A DNA stretch of 64,000 nt from Monocercomonoides exilis PA203 (GCA_001643675.2 LSRY02000008.1:434001-498000), one strand, 5' to 3'; positions 37,158 through 52,458 are shown, counted from the stretch's first letter. Translations and numbers: made by a program. The notes: a model not told the origin generated them from the sequence alone.

Positions 37158-38765
37158 TATTTATTTTTATCTGTTGAATTCATATATATACTTAAAAATC
37201 TTTAAAAATATGAAATTGTGGGAAAAGTTAATGATTAATTTAAAAAAAAGGTCAAGATAAATAAAAAGGTCGAGATAAAAATTTGACCCTAATTAATGGA
37301 AAATTCTATGAAACATCCAAATTTGCAGCAGACAAGTGAGATTAATCCTTCAAAAGTGTATTTGAGTTTATTTCATCTTCTTTTTTATGTGCCATCTCCC
37401 CAATTTTCTTTGATTTAACCGTCACTTACACCAATCCACCTGCAAGTCATTTCATGAAATGATTTCTGCCTAATGATCTGCACCTTCTTCAGAATCCCCA
37501 TCGCATTGCGTGTGCTCTTTCAGGGCATCTTTGATGTCCAACAATACATTGCTTTGATGCCAAGATGATCGTCCACGTATTCATTGTCAGCTGTATTCTC
37601 ATCGAGAAATATATACAAATCAACATTCCAGTTGCCAAATGCTTCTGTTCTGTCATGTCCAACAATCGAGTTGTCTTTCTGAGTGATGCTTGTCATGAAG
37701 GAGAACAAGGGGTCTTTCACAAAAGCGACAAGGGACTTACACAGATAATACACATCTCTTCAACCTCTTCTGTTTACACTTGCAAACTCAATCATCCGGA
37801 GCAACTGAACTTGGAGTGAAGGAAAAACAAATTCCAAGCTATTATTTGCTGGCTTTTCTGATATGATTTAAGGCTTTTGAAGTCCAGAAGGAAATTCCAG
37901 GTGAAAGCGAGACTGACTTCGGAGACATTGCAAAGGAAAGAAAAGTTTTTGAGAGAGATGATCACAGTATAAGAGACTTTTTTTTGAAAGGAGGATTTGG
38001 AATATGCAGGCAGGAAAAGGAAGGAAGAGAAATGGTGGATGGAGAAAGAATCGGAAATGGAATCAAACGCTTGAAAATCATTTTCTTATCTGATCTCCAA
38101 AAGATAACAGGAATCAGTCAGTTTTCTGATGAAATATATTTCTCATATTTTTTTGAAACAATATTTTTTCATTTGTTGCAAGAATTGAAAAAAATGAAAA
38201 TACTTTCTCCATAAAATAAAGAAGATGAATGCAAAATATGAAAAAATTAACTTACAAAAAGTTTTGTGAGGTACATGAATATACACACATGTGATGAACA
38301 ATAAATAACGAAAAATGGTTTCTGTTAAAAAAACAATAAAGAGCAAGAATGAAAGTGAGTGAAAGTTTAATCAACTGGAATTCTTTGACAGAATTGAAAC
38401 AATGCAAATACAAATTGTGTAAACTTTTGGAAAAAGAAAAAATTGTGAAAATGCCAATAGCAGCCACTGCATGAAGCAGTTGCATTTATAAAAGTCGGAT
38501 AAAAACAAACTTCTCAATCAAAACAAATGAAAGATTTCGGACTCTCTCAATGAAAGAGTCAGTTTCACGATAAAGCTAAAAAAATTTCAAAAACTTTTTA
38601 TTTCTTTCCCTTCTCATTGCTGTCATTCTCACTCATTCCAAATCATTCCCATTAAAGGTTATTATATCATTTCCTGCTTCCTCAACCTTCTGCCTGCTCA
38701 TCAAATACCAAAACGCAATTTGAACAGCTCCACAAAAACACATGCACCAACATCTCTCACATTTT

Positions 38766-41700
38766 TCAACTCTCACTGAACAAGCTTCCACTCCAACTCC
38801 CGCTTCCACTTTCATCTTTTGATCCGCTTGATTCTTCCTCAATATCCACAGCATCTGACACAGTCATTATCACGGCTCCTGCTGGAAAACGCTGAATGAA
38901 CTCTCTCTTCAGTCCAACCAGAGAAGGTCGTTGTTCTGGAACTGCAGAAACGCACTGGCCAATCAGTATGCTCATGCTTCCATTAACGGCTTCATGCTTT
39001 GGCCTTTCTCCATTCACAATCTTCTGCCCAGCCACTTCTGCTTCATAATCTCCAAACGGAATTTGAAGTGTCAGACACTCCCATAGGATCATCCCGATTG
39101 AAAACACAACCGATTCCTTTGTTGCTCCCATCTTCTTGTTGATCAGCAGCTCAGGGGCCTTCCACCTCAGGCACTCTTTTTTGTAATAATCATCCTCATC
39201 CTCAAAGGCTGATGAAGGAAGAGAGTCCTCCTCATCATTATCATCGCTTTTAGATGTCACAATTGTTGATGATGAGATGGATGATGAATCTGAATCATCA
39301 GACAAGAAGTCGGAGTGCATGACAATGCAGATCACCATATGCTCAGAGAACAGAACAATGTGCGGACTCAGATTGGAAAGAGAAGATAGAGGATTTTCCA
39401 TCTCATCAAATGAATGGAGAGAGAGATTGGCCACCCAGAACAGCATTTGTGCTGCCGTCTGCTCCCTCTCCTTCAATGAACCTATTGGCATTTCCTTTGT
39501 CTTATTCCTTCCATGCAACAGCATGAACAGAGAATCCCTCAAGTCCACTATCAGCTTCTCATGAGGGGATGAGCAAGCCATTGCATCCACCAGATTCGAC
39601 ATCGATGAGGTGGTAGGACACAAATCTTCTCCACGAACAAAAGTGGATTCTGTATCTGAAGTGTCTGTGGTTGAAGTGGATGAGATGGATGGTGAAGGAG
39701 TCTGCTTTCGAATCTCTTCTTCTTCAACTTTCTCCAATGCCCATTCAGGAATCTTGTCTGAATCTCTCCCCAAAATATATTCTGTTGAGCCACTCTCAGA
39801 GAGAAGATGCTCTGATGATTCAGAATGTTGCATATTCGTATCATATACCCTCTTCTTGATCCTTTCCTCATTCTTCTTCTCTGCCTCCCTCTCTGCCCTT
39901 CTCCACTGCTCCTCTGGTGACATCTCCATCGTCACCATCTCAAATGCTTTTGGATCCTTCCTCACTGTGTCATTCACAATCTCTTCTAATTCCTTTGTTC
40001 TTCTCTTTTGCTTTCTCCATCGAAGCGTAGAAATTACTGCAACAATAAAAATGATAAGAAGAACAAAAGCCATGATAATCACAATCAACACCCAAAAAGA
40101 TTTGTTTTCTTTTCCTCCTTCAACCGCTTTATCAATTCCAGTCTTTGATTCTGTTTTGTTCTTCAGAGCAAATGAATCAGTTGCAGACAACCGTTTTCCA
40201 AACAGAATCATCACTGACACCTCTGTTTCATCTGCAATCGTTGAAATAGTTTCAGATGGGATTTTTCCAATCACTTCATTTTCTGATATGAAACTGTCTT
40301 CCTCAAAAGGATGTGTCTCAACCAACTCCACATCCCCTGTTTTGCACACAAGTCTGAATGACAAATCGCAAGGCACAAATAGAGATCCCTTGAATTTCAC
40401 AACAACATTGCTGCCATTCTCATTCACAGAAGCCTCTTCCAATTTGGGAATGAAGAAAGGAGATGACCTTTCTGCTGCTATCCCACCAAGTTCACATCTG
40501 TCGTTCAAAATCCAAAGAAAAGAATTGGGCATCAATCCATCTCCTCCTTTCAAGCTCGAAATGGTCAATGAGGAAGAATCTGAGCAAATGATGTTTCGAC
40601 GAAGAGAGGGATATTTCTGAATAGAAGGATTATTATTCATAAACTCACCTTTCTCAATCGTCACATTGCCAGCGGAAACTGAAAATCCACCTGATGAAGC
40701 ATTCATTATTGTCACATATTTCATCACCAACGAAGTTTTTGATGAATGGACAAGCGATCCATTCCATTTGCAAATTTCTTCAAAAGCATTATATCTCTCA
40801 TTTTCACTTTCTTTCAAAAGCAATCCAATAAATTGACATGAATTCATCAAAATATCTTTTGCATTGTGAATCTCCACCATGCTTCCTTTGCTTGACAGAG
40901 AATCGCAATCTGAGCAAGAGCAGTTTGAAAGAACTATTTGAGCTGAGGAAGAAGAAGCTGAAAGAACAGAAGCTCCTTCTGAATTCCTTGAACAGTTCTT
41001 GAATGAGGAGATTCCTATTGAAACTGTTACTGAAGCATTTTTGTCAATAGAAATGATGCAACCTTCAGACAATTTCACTTCACCCACAGCCATTCCATTC
41101 AGTGCAACACTTCCACAGTTGCCAATCTCAAACACATTGGTTGTTGCCTCGATATGTTTCAGCTTCACGTTTGTCAACGAAATCTGATCCCCACGAAGCA
41201 CGAATGAAGGCTTCTTGAATGAAAGCATTGTTATCGAGCAGTTGTCAACATTCAAAATTCCACTTTTTAAACTCAACAACGATGAGTCAAGAGCAACTGT
41301 TTGAATGCTGTTTGACCCTCCAATCGAAGAGAAATCAACAAATGAAAGAGAAAGTTGTCCACTAACTTCTTGAATAATTGAATTGCCAGAATAAAAAAAT
41401 GACTGCCAAAAGTTGAATTTCAATCTTTCAATCCGAACAGTCTCTGAGGTTGAGATGAGAATTCCTTCATTGTCAGAAATTGTTGAGTCCAGATATACAA
41501 AAGCAGCGAAGGGAGGTTTCAGTGAGTGGATGCTAACATCCTTTGCTTCATATTCCCCATTGATGATCGTCTCCTCTGAGATCAACAGCTGTGAGTATGA
41601 TGAAGGAATAATGTGCTGAACTCCGACATTCATTGACTCACAAGGCTTACTGGACTCTCCACATTGTTTGCTGTCTGAATGATTATCTGCGACAGAAGAC

Positions 41701-44700
41701 ACAAATACCGTCTCACTCTGGTATTTCACAACTCTCAGCAGAAGATCCTCTTCCCCAACAAATGAGTCTGTTGTGCATCCCCACATTGAAAGCTCCTTCA
41801 CAAATGGAGCTCTGAAATCCAGCAAGAATTGCTCATCAACAATCTGATTTTCGATTGAGTGGCATTTCACATACACATCTCTCCCTCTGAACGCTGAATT
41901 GTCTCTGAATGTGATGTTCGACAGAACAAAGTTCAGAGGATGCTCAGTTGTTGAGGTGCATTCCAGAAACAGCCAGCCACCTCTTCCTGTGGTTGAACAG
42001 AAGCACTCAGATATCGTGCAAAATGAGCAATCAAAGCTTCCTCCCTCATTCAACACACAAAACATCCCTCCTCCCTTTCCACACTTCAAACCTCCACATT
42101 TCTTCATCGTTGTGTTTCGAATCACAATTTTCAATGGCTCATCATCATTCACATTTCGAATAATGGGAATATCATCTGTTGTGCTCTGGGTGACTTCTTC
42201 AAACAAACTCCACTCAATGACAATATCTTGTTCAAATTCTTTGTTTTCTCTTGTTGTACTGCTTGAAACGCACAATCCACTTGCCCCGTCCAGCTCAACA
42301 TTTTTCATCGTCAGGTTTTTGATGCTCAAAATCGTTGTTGGCTGCACAGAAATAACATCTTTTGAAAAGCAAAGTGATTCTATTGTAACAAATTCTAACA
42401 GAACTGTTCCACCATCTGCCTTGATCAACCCAAAGCTTATTATTTCTTCTTCACTTTCTTCATTTTTGTTGAATGAACAGTCTTTCAGAGTCAACAATCC
42501 TTCACTCGATCTAACATGCATTAAATAATTGACTCCACTTTTGAATGAAGATGGAATCACAAAGCGAATCAGTTCGAAATTGGTAATACCACAAATCTTC
42601 ATTGCTGCTCCTTCTGCTCCTTCAAGCGATAAGAGACATTCCAAAGAGCAAATGAGGCTATTATCTGATTTTATTGCAGCCCCGCTGAGATCTACACTTT
42701 TCTTAAGAGACCCTTTTCCAATGATGTTAATATTCCTTTCGTTTGCTTTTGGCATTTTTGCCAACGAATAATCAATAGACAAACAAGGATAATCCGAGAA
42801 TCCACAGGCAAGAATATCTTTCCCATCACCTCTAACAAATACTTCTGAGCCAAGTGAGAGCCAAAAATACACCAGTGGAATGGCATTCGTTGTGTCGCTT
42901 CCATCAAAGCCTCTCATGGAATCCAATGAAATATTAGCCAAATTCTCAGATACAAATGGAAGTGAGTCATTTGTGATGCTCTTTGTCAAGTTGGATGATT
43001 CAACAAACAGGTCATTTCCATATCTGGCAACATTTGGCTCGTCTTCCTCAAAAATGGGGGATGACATCACAAATGAAGAAATGCCATCGATCAACTTCAG
43101 TGCCATTCCTCCTCCAAACCCAATCTTCCCTTCTTCAGCTGGTGCTGTGCATCTTATGAAAGAACATGAAATGACATTCAATTGAGCATTTCCTTTCAAG
43201 CGGGTATTAATAGCCCCTCCTCTGCTTCCATCAGTCAAAACTGAACATCCATCAAATTCACATTCTTCAATATTTATTTCACTGTTTGAATTTTCATCGT
43301 TACTATTATCGATGTTCACGCAGCCTCCACTTCCAGCTGCTCTTTCTATTTCTGTAAAATGGCAGTTAGTCATGTTCAACCACTGTATGCTCATCAACTC
43401 GGTATATGAACTGCTTCCAGACAATGAGATCAATGGATAATCGCTCAAATTTATCGATGAAGCTGAAAATGAATCAATAACCAAGGTTCCAGACTCAATA
43501 GATAAGAATAGAAATACCATTTCTGATGAAGGATCTTGAAGAGTGAGAGAACATTGAGACAGCGTTAGTGTTGAAGAAGATGATGAAATGAAAGTGGAAT
43601 GTGATGAAAAAGAAGAAGAAAGAGAGAAGATAAGTTTTGATAATTCTGTTTCAACATTTATTGAAATCATCGATGAATTGGATATGGAACTTGAATCAGA
43701 GATTGTCCATCCACTTTGATCATCATTTCCTCTGATTTCATGCTTCTGTTCACCAAAGGCCAATTCATCGCTCACCAAAATCATTTTATTCACAACAACT
43801 TTCTTTGTTCCTGCTTGTCTTGTGAGGGAGTGCTTCAAGGTCAAACAAGGAAACTGGACAATTCCACAATGTGAATGATCAGATGCCTCAGTGCAACTCA
43901 CATATATTTCTTCTGGGATGGGAAGGAGATAGATGCATAGAGGAATTGCTAACCTTGTGTTTCCATTGTCGAATCCTCGCACTTTGTCAAATGAATCCAA
44001 AGATGCTGTTACACATGTGATATTCTCTAATTTTGCTATCTCTTCCAGATTTGGGGAAATAACAAAGATATCTCTTCCCCACTTGGCTGTATTCATTCCA
44101 AAGGAAGATGATATCAGGAAATCTGGATTTTCGTTCAATAGTCGAAGAAGAATTCCTCCTCCAAATCCATTGGATAATGAACAAAAGCACCCATCAAAAG
44201 ATCCACCATTCACTTTCACTTCATTCTCATTCCCAACACACAGCATCATCGATCCCCCGTCAGCTGATGTTCTGCTTCCACATCCTTCAAAAGTGCACGA
44301 ATTCAGATCAATATTTGCCTTTTCATTGAAAAAAGACATCACAGCTGCTCCGCTTGTTGTTCTTTCGATTCCATCAAAGGTGCATTCTGAAAGTGTCAAT
44401 GATATTTCATTTGTTGAAGAAAGCGAAAACAACGAGGTTGATGAGATTGTCTTTGCCCAGTTCACATTTTCCATCTGCAGCATACCACTCTGAATGTTAA
44501 TCAGCTCTGTAGCAAATGCTGTATTTCCGGTTTGTTCACTTCCAGCAGAAATGTTCATCCTGCTGATATGCATCTCTCCTGCTCCTGTGATCTCAAATAG
44601 CCTTGAGCCACGATTATTCGTTTGCATAGGATCATGCTCAATGGTGATGAAATTTAAAGAGAATGCGCCTGTCGAGACAGAAAAAAGAGACATCCCAGCT

Positions 44701-46521
44701 GCATCTAATTCTGTTTGGACTGTTGTGCTCATATCGCTTTGACCGTAAATTGAATAAGTGTTAATTCCACAATCCACATTCTTGGTCTCTGTAATCGTTC
44801 CTGATAGGATCTCGATATCCTTCACAAAGTCTGGAATAAGTTGAGTGAGACAATGGCTGATGGTTCTGCATGGATGGCTTTCATCCCGTCCGCATGCATA
44901 TGTGTCAATGGAATTTGGTTCTGTTTGCGCTGAGGAGGCAAATCTGGTTCTTTCAAAATCGTTTTTAAGCCATCCACTTTTATCAACAATTGAGTCGTAT
45001 CGTGAGCTGACTCTATTTGTTGTATTTCTTGTTGAATAGCAACTTGAGTCAATGTTGTTTGATGTCGAATTATGGAGAGCAATATCATGTCCTCCTTTTG
45101 AACATGAATTGTTGTGAAAAAAGCAGTAATAAAACAAAATTCCGTAATTCAGGCTATTTATTAATATTCCAGCAGCACCTCCTCCGCACATTGAATGGCA
45201 ATTGCAGAATAAACAATTAGAAAAAACAACCTGATCAGTGCAACTCCAATGTTCAATTGCGCCTCCAGCGGATGATGCCGAATGATTTGCTTTGCAAGAT
45301 GAAAATAATGAATTAATTATGCATTCTTTCTGCCTTTGAGTTTTTGTGGGACGTAAGTCAATTGCGCCTGCATCATTGCCTGCAGAGCAATTTTGAAAGG
45401 AGCAATCATCTACCACTGATTGATAATAAATGTTTTCTAAATACATCCCACCACCGCAACCATCTGAGCTTGCTGTTGCTGCGCACTGAGTAAATGTGGA
45501 GTGCGTCACAATGCATTCAGCGATTTTCAAAGCATATATTCCTCCACCTTTTTCCGAGGAAGCATTGCATCTCACAAATGACGAATTTTCAACAGTCAGA
45601 ATGGCTTTTTCATTGTCATGCACATAGAGAGCACCTCCTTGCGAGGATGTGCAATCTTCCCATTCACACAACGAAAATGATTGACTATTTGTCAAATTCA
45701 TTTGTCCTTTTTTCTCAAGAGCATTCGTTTCTCTTTTCCCGAAGCTTACAGTTGTGTTTTTACAGACAAATTCATGTGAAGAATACGATCCACTCGAAAT
45801 CCCTCCTTCAAATGCATTCAAACACGAATAAATGAGGCTGTTCTCCATTGAACTTCGAAAACATGAATGTTCCACATAATGATCGCTTTTCTTGTTATTT
45901 TTCACTGACATGTTCCTGAAGGCACAATTTTTAATCTGTTCACTTTTGCTCTTTCCTGACAATAGAAAATAGTCTGAAGAAGATGCAACAAGATTTGCCA
46001 TGATAGAATTTCTCAAAACAGCAGAATTTGATTCATCAGATGAAAATATGAGACTGGAAGGGTTCAGATTCTTTTGAGGAATCAAACTCAAATTCACCAT
46101 GTTGATTGACCCTCTTTGCAAAAGAAAAGGAGATGGCGATTTTTGGAGCAAATTGCAGGAATCCAACATAATTGTTGATTTCGATGTGATATGCATGAAT
46201 GATGAGGAAGAATATTCAAGTGCCACATTCTTCAGTCCAACTGTAGAATTGGAGAATCCCAAAAATGTGTAAATTACTGTAAAGATTCCTGATTGTAATT
46301 TTTTCGCTTCAGACAATGCATTCTGTTCAAATAGATAAATGTTATCACCCTTTAGTGGGGATTGTGCATCATTTGAGTTTCCTTGACCAAAACAAACACA
46401 ATTATTGAAAAAAATACAATTTTGAAGGAATACCTTTGTTTTGAAATGTGGCAATTCCAGAGATATCTTGTGCTTCAAATGTCTTCACAAGGAGCAAGCA
46501 TGCAAAAAGGAACAAATGCAT
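38766..46521 (-). CDS. ~2567-aa type-I membrane protein: signal peptide, parallel beta-helix (Pmp/pectin-lyase-like) ectodomain, TM helix, TKL-like pseudokinase; exons 46521-46434 and 46381-38766
   Basis: MHLFLFACLLLVKTFEA leader joined by a 52-nt GT-AG intron to GNSNDAQ; GGA(I/L)/FxxC repeats and CGxxxxPCxT modules; TM FWVLIVIIMAFVLLIIFIVAVIST; RWKAPE...VFSIGMILWECLT..IPF...RP. Confidence 0.9.
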
Positions 46522-49500
46522 CCTCGTATGGAATGAAAATAAATTTTGACTTGAAAAATAAAATATTTTCTGGAGGATCAAAAAATCCCTTAATAATTGT
46601 TTTCAACACATTTGGAAAAATCAAAGTTTTTCTTTTACAATCATTTTGTGGCTTATTGAAAAATAGATAACGCGCGTCCAAAGCATGCTACTACTTTGGT
46701 TTTTGTCGGGCATGAATTATATGCTGATTCAGGTGAAATATTTGCACACAAAAAAATTTAATTTAATAAAACAATTAGTAAAACAGGAATAAAACTGAAT
46801 AAAAGAAAAAAAACCTTTTCAGAAAAAACCGCTGTCCAATAAAGGCTTCAAAAGCAATAAATTCCATGTCAAAACACATGCCCTCAAAATTTCACTTTGA
46901 GATGTGTTGTTTCTAGCTATCAATTGTCACCTCACCTATTGAAATCAAATGGCGAGTCTTTCTTTTCCTCTTTCTCTTTCTTCTTCTCTTCTTTTCCTCT
47001 TCTTTTCCATTCTGCTCTTTATACTCTCACCTGTTTTGTCTTTTCACTCAGCTTCATCTGCTTCGAACCCACAAACATCCAAATAACCTCTTCTTTGTTA
47101 TTCTTCTCCCTCTTTCCTGCTCCTTCACCATTTTTAACATTGATCCATTTTTGCAAACAGCTGATGTTCTGCAACCCAAAAATATCCTTCTCTGCTTTTC
47201 TCATTGAGAAAAGATGTCTCAAAGAAACCATTTGTTCCAATAAAAAGTGAATGTCATGCAAACCTTCTCTGCATATATTCTTGATAAAATCAGAAACATC
47301 AAAAATTGCAAAGAAATATACAAAGGAATCAAACTTGTTTTTTGTTGTTTCTCAAAAAATAAACACATTTTGCAAAATAAAGAAAAATAAAATAAAAATT
47401 CTTGAGCTTTCAATTTTTCCAATTCCACAAATCTTTCATCATTCAGAAAAAAAAAAAAAAATATTAATTTTTTACCGCAAACAAGAAAGCATGCATCTTT
47501 TCCTTCTCTGTTAGCCAACCGTTCTCATTGTCAAATTCAAACAGCCTTCTCCGTCTGCCTCTTCTGTCTTCGCAATCTCTTGTTCCTTGCTTTCCATTCT
47601 TCATTGGCTCTGCCTCCATCTCTTTCCTTCTCCTTCTCATCAACCCCTTCCTTTCACTCTCTTTTCCATCTTCTTCTTTCTCTTCATTCGCTTTCTTCCT
47701 TGTCCTCCAACAATGTTGTCTTTTCTTTCTGTCCAAAGCCTTCCAATGAAAAATCGTTCAACATCACAGCTTTTCTGAAGGATTGTGTGTGTTTGAAATT
47801 CAAATAGAAATGCCTTCAAATTATCTCGTGCTAAATTATCTTAAAAGGGAAAGATAACGGGAAAGCTAAGTGAATTGAATTTACAAATAAATGATTCAAA
47901 CCTCTCAACAACTTCAAAGTTATTGATGCAAAAGTACTGTTTCAAGAATTATTTTTCAATTCAAAGAAACCAATGCATTTTTCGCAAATCCAATAAATTC
48001 ATAATCAAAATGGGAGCATGTTCGGAGAAGAATGCTTATCGGAATGAAATTGGATGTTGATTTTGGATATTGGCAAAATCCCTGTAATCCTTTTGGCTTC
48101 TCTTGGCAAGACAAACATAACACGTGATACAAAAAAGGTGACGTTGGAAAAAAAACTAGTGGAGCACTCAAAGGCATTCTCTGTCGACGCGGATGACGTT
48201 TGTTGCGTTTTGACGAAATGATCAGCATCTCCTCCGCTGTTTGCAACAATATGGCTCTTGCAGATGAAAAGGTTCCCACTGCTGAAGCATCTGTTGGACG
48301 TATTGTCATTCTTCCGAATTTTGTTTGTTCTGGCCGTTGAGCTGTCTGGATGAATACGTGTTTGATTATTCTCCCTCCTTTCAAAAAAACCCTCGCTTAT
48401 AACCCTTTCCCCTCCGCATCTCCATCGCATGCAAAGAGCAGAGTAGTTCTTGCACTTTCCTTTTCGATGCTGAACTTGCAATAAGGTTTTTTTTGGATTT
48501 TTCAGTTATCAAAGCATCTGTTATGGTTGCGCAATATTAAAAAAACTCAACATTAGCAATATTTCATTGAAAATTTTTTCAACTTTGTATTACGCATTTG
48601 TGTGCAACGACTTTATTACAGTTATGCAAATTATTCTTGCCTTTAAGAAGAATGATTTGAATTAATCAATAATTATCTTTCGAGAAAAATGTCTTTTCAA
48701 AATATCATATCAACTTGTTTCACGAAAAAGGACAAAAATCCATTTTAAATTTTCAAACACTTGTATTTAGATATTTTATTCTTCGAAGGATTTTGAAGTT
48801 CATTGTTTTCAATTGTTTGAGATTTTAAAAAAAGAAATTGTGATTAATAGAAACAAATGTTCAAAATGAGACAAATTCAAAATGGAAATTTTTTAGGATT
48901 TTCAAAAAAATAAGTGGTGAGATTTTTTGAAATATGAATTTCGAATAAGTCTTTTCATTCATTTTTTGTTTGTCCACTTGTTTGAAAGTTTCAGATTCCT
49001 TTTCAACACAAAAATGTGCAAAATGAAAAACTGAATGAAGTGAATATTAAAAATGATTTTTAAACAAAAGTCAACAATCGGAAGAAGTGAAGGACAAAAA
49101 TTAGGGATAATGGTCATTTTTTGAGAATGAAGAAAAAATTTGGTTCTTTTCTTGTTTTTATTTTTTCTCCTTTTTAACGCTTATTCATAAGTTCATTTCA
49201 AAGTCGAAACCCTATCCAATCACATCGATAACGATCAATATCGGATATCAGCACATCATTCTGTGAACAAACATTTTTTTGACACATTTTAATAAATTTC
49301 CCATCTCATAGAATCACAAAGAAATTTTTTTTTCAAAAAATACACTTTTCAAAAAAAAAAATGGTTCTTATTTCAATGGGAAATAAGTTTTTCATCTGAG
49401 AATTCAAATTTTCTAATAAATGATTTTGTCACTCTAAATGAAATGAGAAAACTCAAAAAAATAGTTATTTCCAAAATTTCAAAACGTGAATTTAACATGA

Positions 49501-50992
49501 ATTTCAGGAATATCAAAAAAATTTGAAAGATAAATTATTGATCATAAATATCAGCGTTGGAATTCTCTGTTTCGAACAATTTGGGATATTATCACAATCG
49601 GACATTTTCACAAAAAGTTGAGCAAAACCCGAAAGAATTTCATCCTGTTTCAATAATTTCATTTGTCATAATAATCAATAATCACATTCAATTTGGTTCA
49701 TCAATCAAAAAATGTGGATCATTCATTTTGAGTGCTTGTTCAAAAAATATCCAAAATGGTTCAAAGGCAATCAGACAATTGAATAATTTTTTGTTAAAAA
49801 TATCATTTGTTTTATATTCGGGTGAATAAGAATATCAAACATTTCGTAAGAATTTCAATTCAGGCACATAACATTTTATTATAATTGGAACATTTCATAA
49901 ATAATGATATTTATTCAATTCATATGTAATTTCGTTGGCCGGAACAAGAATCTAATCAAAATGCGCTATATTTTTATTTCCTCAGAAAATTGAACAAATG
50001 TGTTTTTTCAAAAAAAATATTTTTTTGATATAAGAAAAAAACTTATTTGAAATACTCACTTTTTGTTTGTGCATACTTTTTATTTTTTTTTCCCCAAAAA
50101 AATAAATAAAATCAAATTAATATCTTTTATTAAGTGCACATTGCCATATTAGATATCATTATTGAAATCTTCACATTTTTCGATGTGTTGAAATTTGGCT
50201 GATCCTTTTTGAAATCATGTTTTTTCTGTAAAAATATTTGGTTTGAAAATTTGTTTTGCATATTTGTCAGTGAACATATTAAAGTGATAACACCGTCTTC
50301 AAAAAAAAATGTCATTAATGCATTTAAAAATGTGCTTCATTAAACAATTGCAATTTAAAAAATACTGGAATAATAAAATTCAATTCATTGACAAACGAAA
50401 ATTAAAAATTAGAAAACCCGAAAAAAGTTATGATTACAAAAATAATCACCCATTTTCAAAGACACGTTCTTTTTGAAAATAATCACACACATGTTTATCA
50501 ATGATTTCACAGGTGTTTCTCTTCAAGTCCGCATATGCGTGAAAAAAAACGATATTTTTAACAAATAATTGAAATTACAAAGACAATATGGTTCTTATGT
50601 TACAACTGCTAATTATTATTCTTCACAAAAAAAGTGTCAAAAAACTGTTCAGGATAAATGTTGAATTAACTAAACAAGAAAAAATAGTTGAAATTTAGAA
50701 AAAAAGAAATAAAGATATAGTTTTTCATATTTGATTAATACAAACCAATCAAATAAATAAATGCAGCAACAGAATAAACTTTTTTTTAATTGGAACACAC
50801 TTGATTAATTCAGATGATGTTCGTATTTGAACCTTTCAGAAAATTATCAACGGTCGAATTTTTCCTTGCAGAATTATCTGTTGAGAAATCCATGAAGAGC
50901 TTTTTAAAGGATTGTTTTCCATTTTGCGAAATGATGGAAAAAGAAAGAACAACTTTTGAGTTAAAAAAAAAAAATCGAAACATCTCATTTCT

Positions 50993-52458
50993 TTAAACAT
51001 TCACAAAATAGTCTGAAATATTCAACGACAGTCCATGATAATATTGTCTGTTGAAAAAAATAAAAATTTCATGAAAGCTTGTGATGGTATCTTCGTATCC
51101 TTCTTCTTCCATCTTTTCAAACACTTTCCTTTTCATCTCTTTTCTTTTCGCTTCGTCAGTTGTGCGATCTTTCTTTTGTTTCAATCGAATTGAAATCTCA
51201 ATAAAAAATAACAAGAATTTATATGTTTCATATTTATTCAATGTTTGTAGCTGCATCTTCTCCAAAACTGCATTAACAGCTCCTCCTTTCAATAAGACGT
51301 CAATTTCTATCGCTTTATTATCTGCTATTTCTTTCAATAAATGAATGCATTGAAAGTTCACTTCTCTGTAATTATCCTTAGCTGCCAGAAATACCCGAAC
51401 AATACTGTTTAAAAGTCCGACAAATTCTTCATTCCACATTGTGCAAGAGAGAAAATAACGTTCCAAGGTTTTAAGCCATCTCAATAAAACAAGCTCTTCT
51501 TTCGTTTCTCTTCCTCTTTCTTCTTCTTTTCTCTTCCAATCCACACTTTTCATCAGCTCTTCTACTTCTCTTGCTGCTTCTCTCGCAAAATGCAGTTCAT
51601 TCACAATTACCCCTTCAAAGCAATCGTAGTATGGTAATCCGTTTACCAAAAACTGCCAAGATGATTGATAGGCAAGTCGAATCAAATTGTTGTGTTCTTG
51701 ATGATAAAGGATAATCTCTTTGATCTTATAACGATACAGTTCATAATCCAATATCTTATCAAAAAAAATAGATAAAAAAAAGCAAAATCAATTCAACAAA
51801 GAGAGAAAAGAAAAATCATACAAAACATTTCCCAATGTGACATATAGCAAACAACGCCATTTCTATTTCCTTTTGGGTTTCCTTGTTTCTCTTCTTGCTC
51901 GATGCAGCTTTCAGAAGGCACGGTACACAGATTGAAATCAATTCCTTTGAGAAGAAGGTACTTATACAAGCATAACTTTTACAAAGATCAGCCAGCAGCT
52001 TTTCATCCTTATCTTCTGTCTTTTCTTTTTCATTTATAATCATTTTCTCAAATCTTTTGCACAACAAAGATTTTTCAAAGAATCGATTCCACACATTTTT
52101 CAGCTCATAGCAATGCCCGATTTGCTTCAACAGAAAAATCACATTTCTCGTCGAAAGTTTCTCTTCTTTAATCATTTCGTCCATTTCATCGAACATTTCT
52201 TTTGTGAAGACAGATTTGAATTCTTCTTCCTCCATTTCATCAATTATTTCATTCATTTCAAGGATTTTCTGTCTTTGTGCATTCCCATCGCAACGTCCCA
52301 GCTCACAAAGAAATTCTTCGAAAATGATAAAATAACAAATAGAATTGGGCTTCAAATCACAGAACAATGAACAAACCTGAAAAATGCTCATTTGATGACT
52401 TCTTTTTGAACTCATCGATAGACTTATCAATAGCTCTAAAATCCTTTCTGCTTATCAT
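50993..52458 (-). CDS. ~445-aa helical protein of an expanded family ('FEKMEEEGYED...ISDYFVNV'), paralog A; exons 52458-52377, 52315-51822, 51754-50993
   Basis: Two GT-AG introns give a continuous frame from MISRKDFRAIDK to YFVNV*; intron positions are shared with paralog B. Confidence 0.85.

Noticed and set aside
39277-45835. Plus-strand ORFs up to 336 aa
   Set aside because: Antisense to the 2567-aa gene, with no independent features
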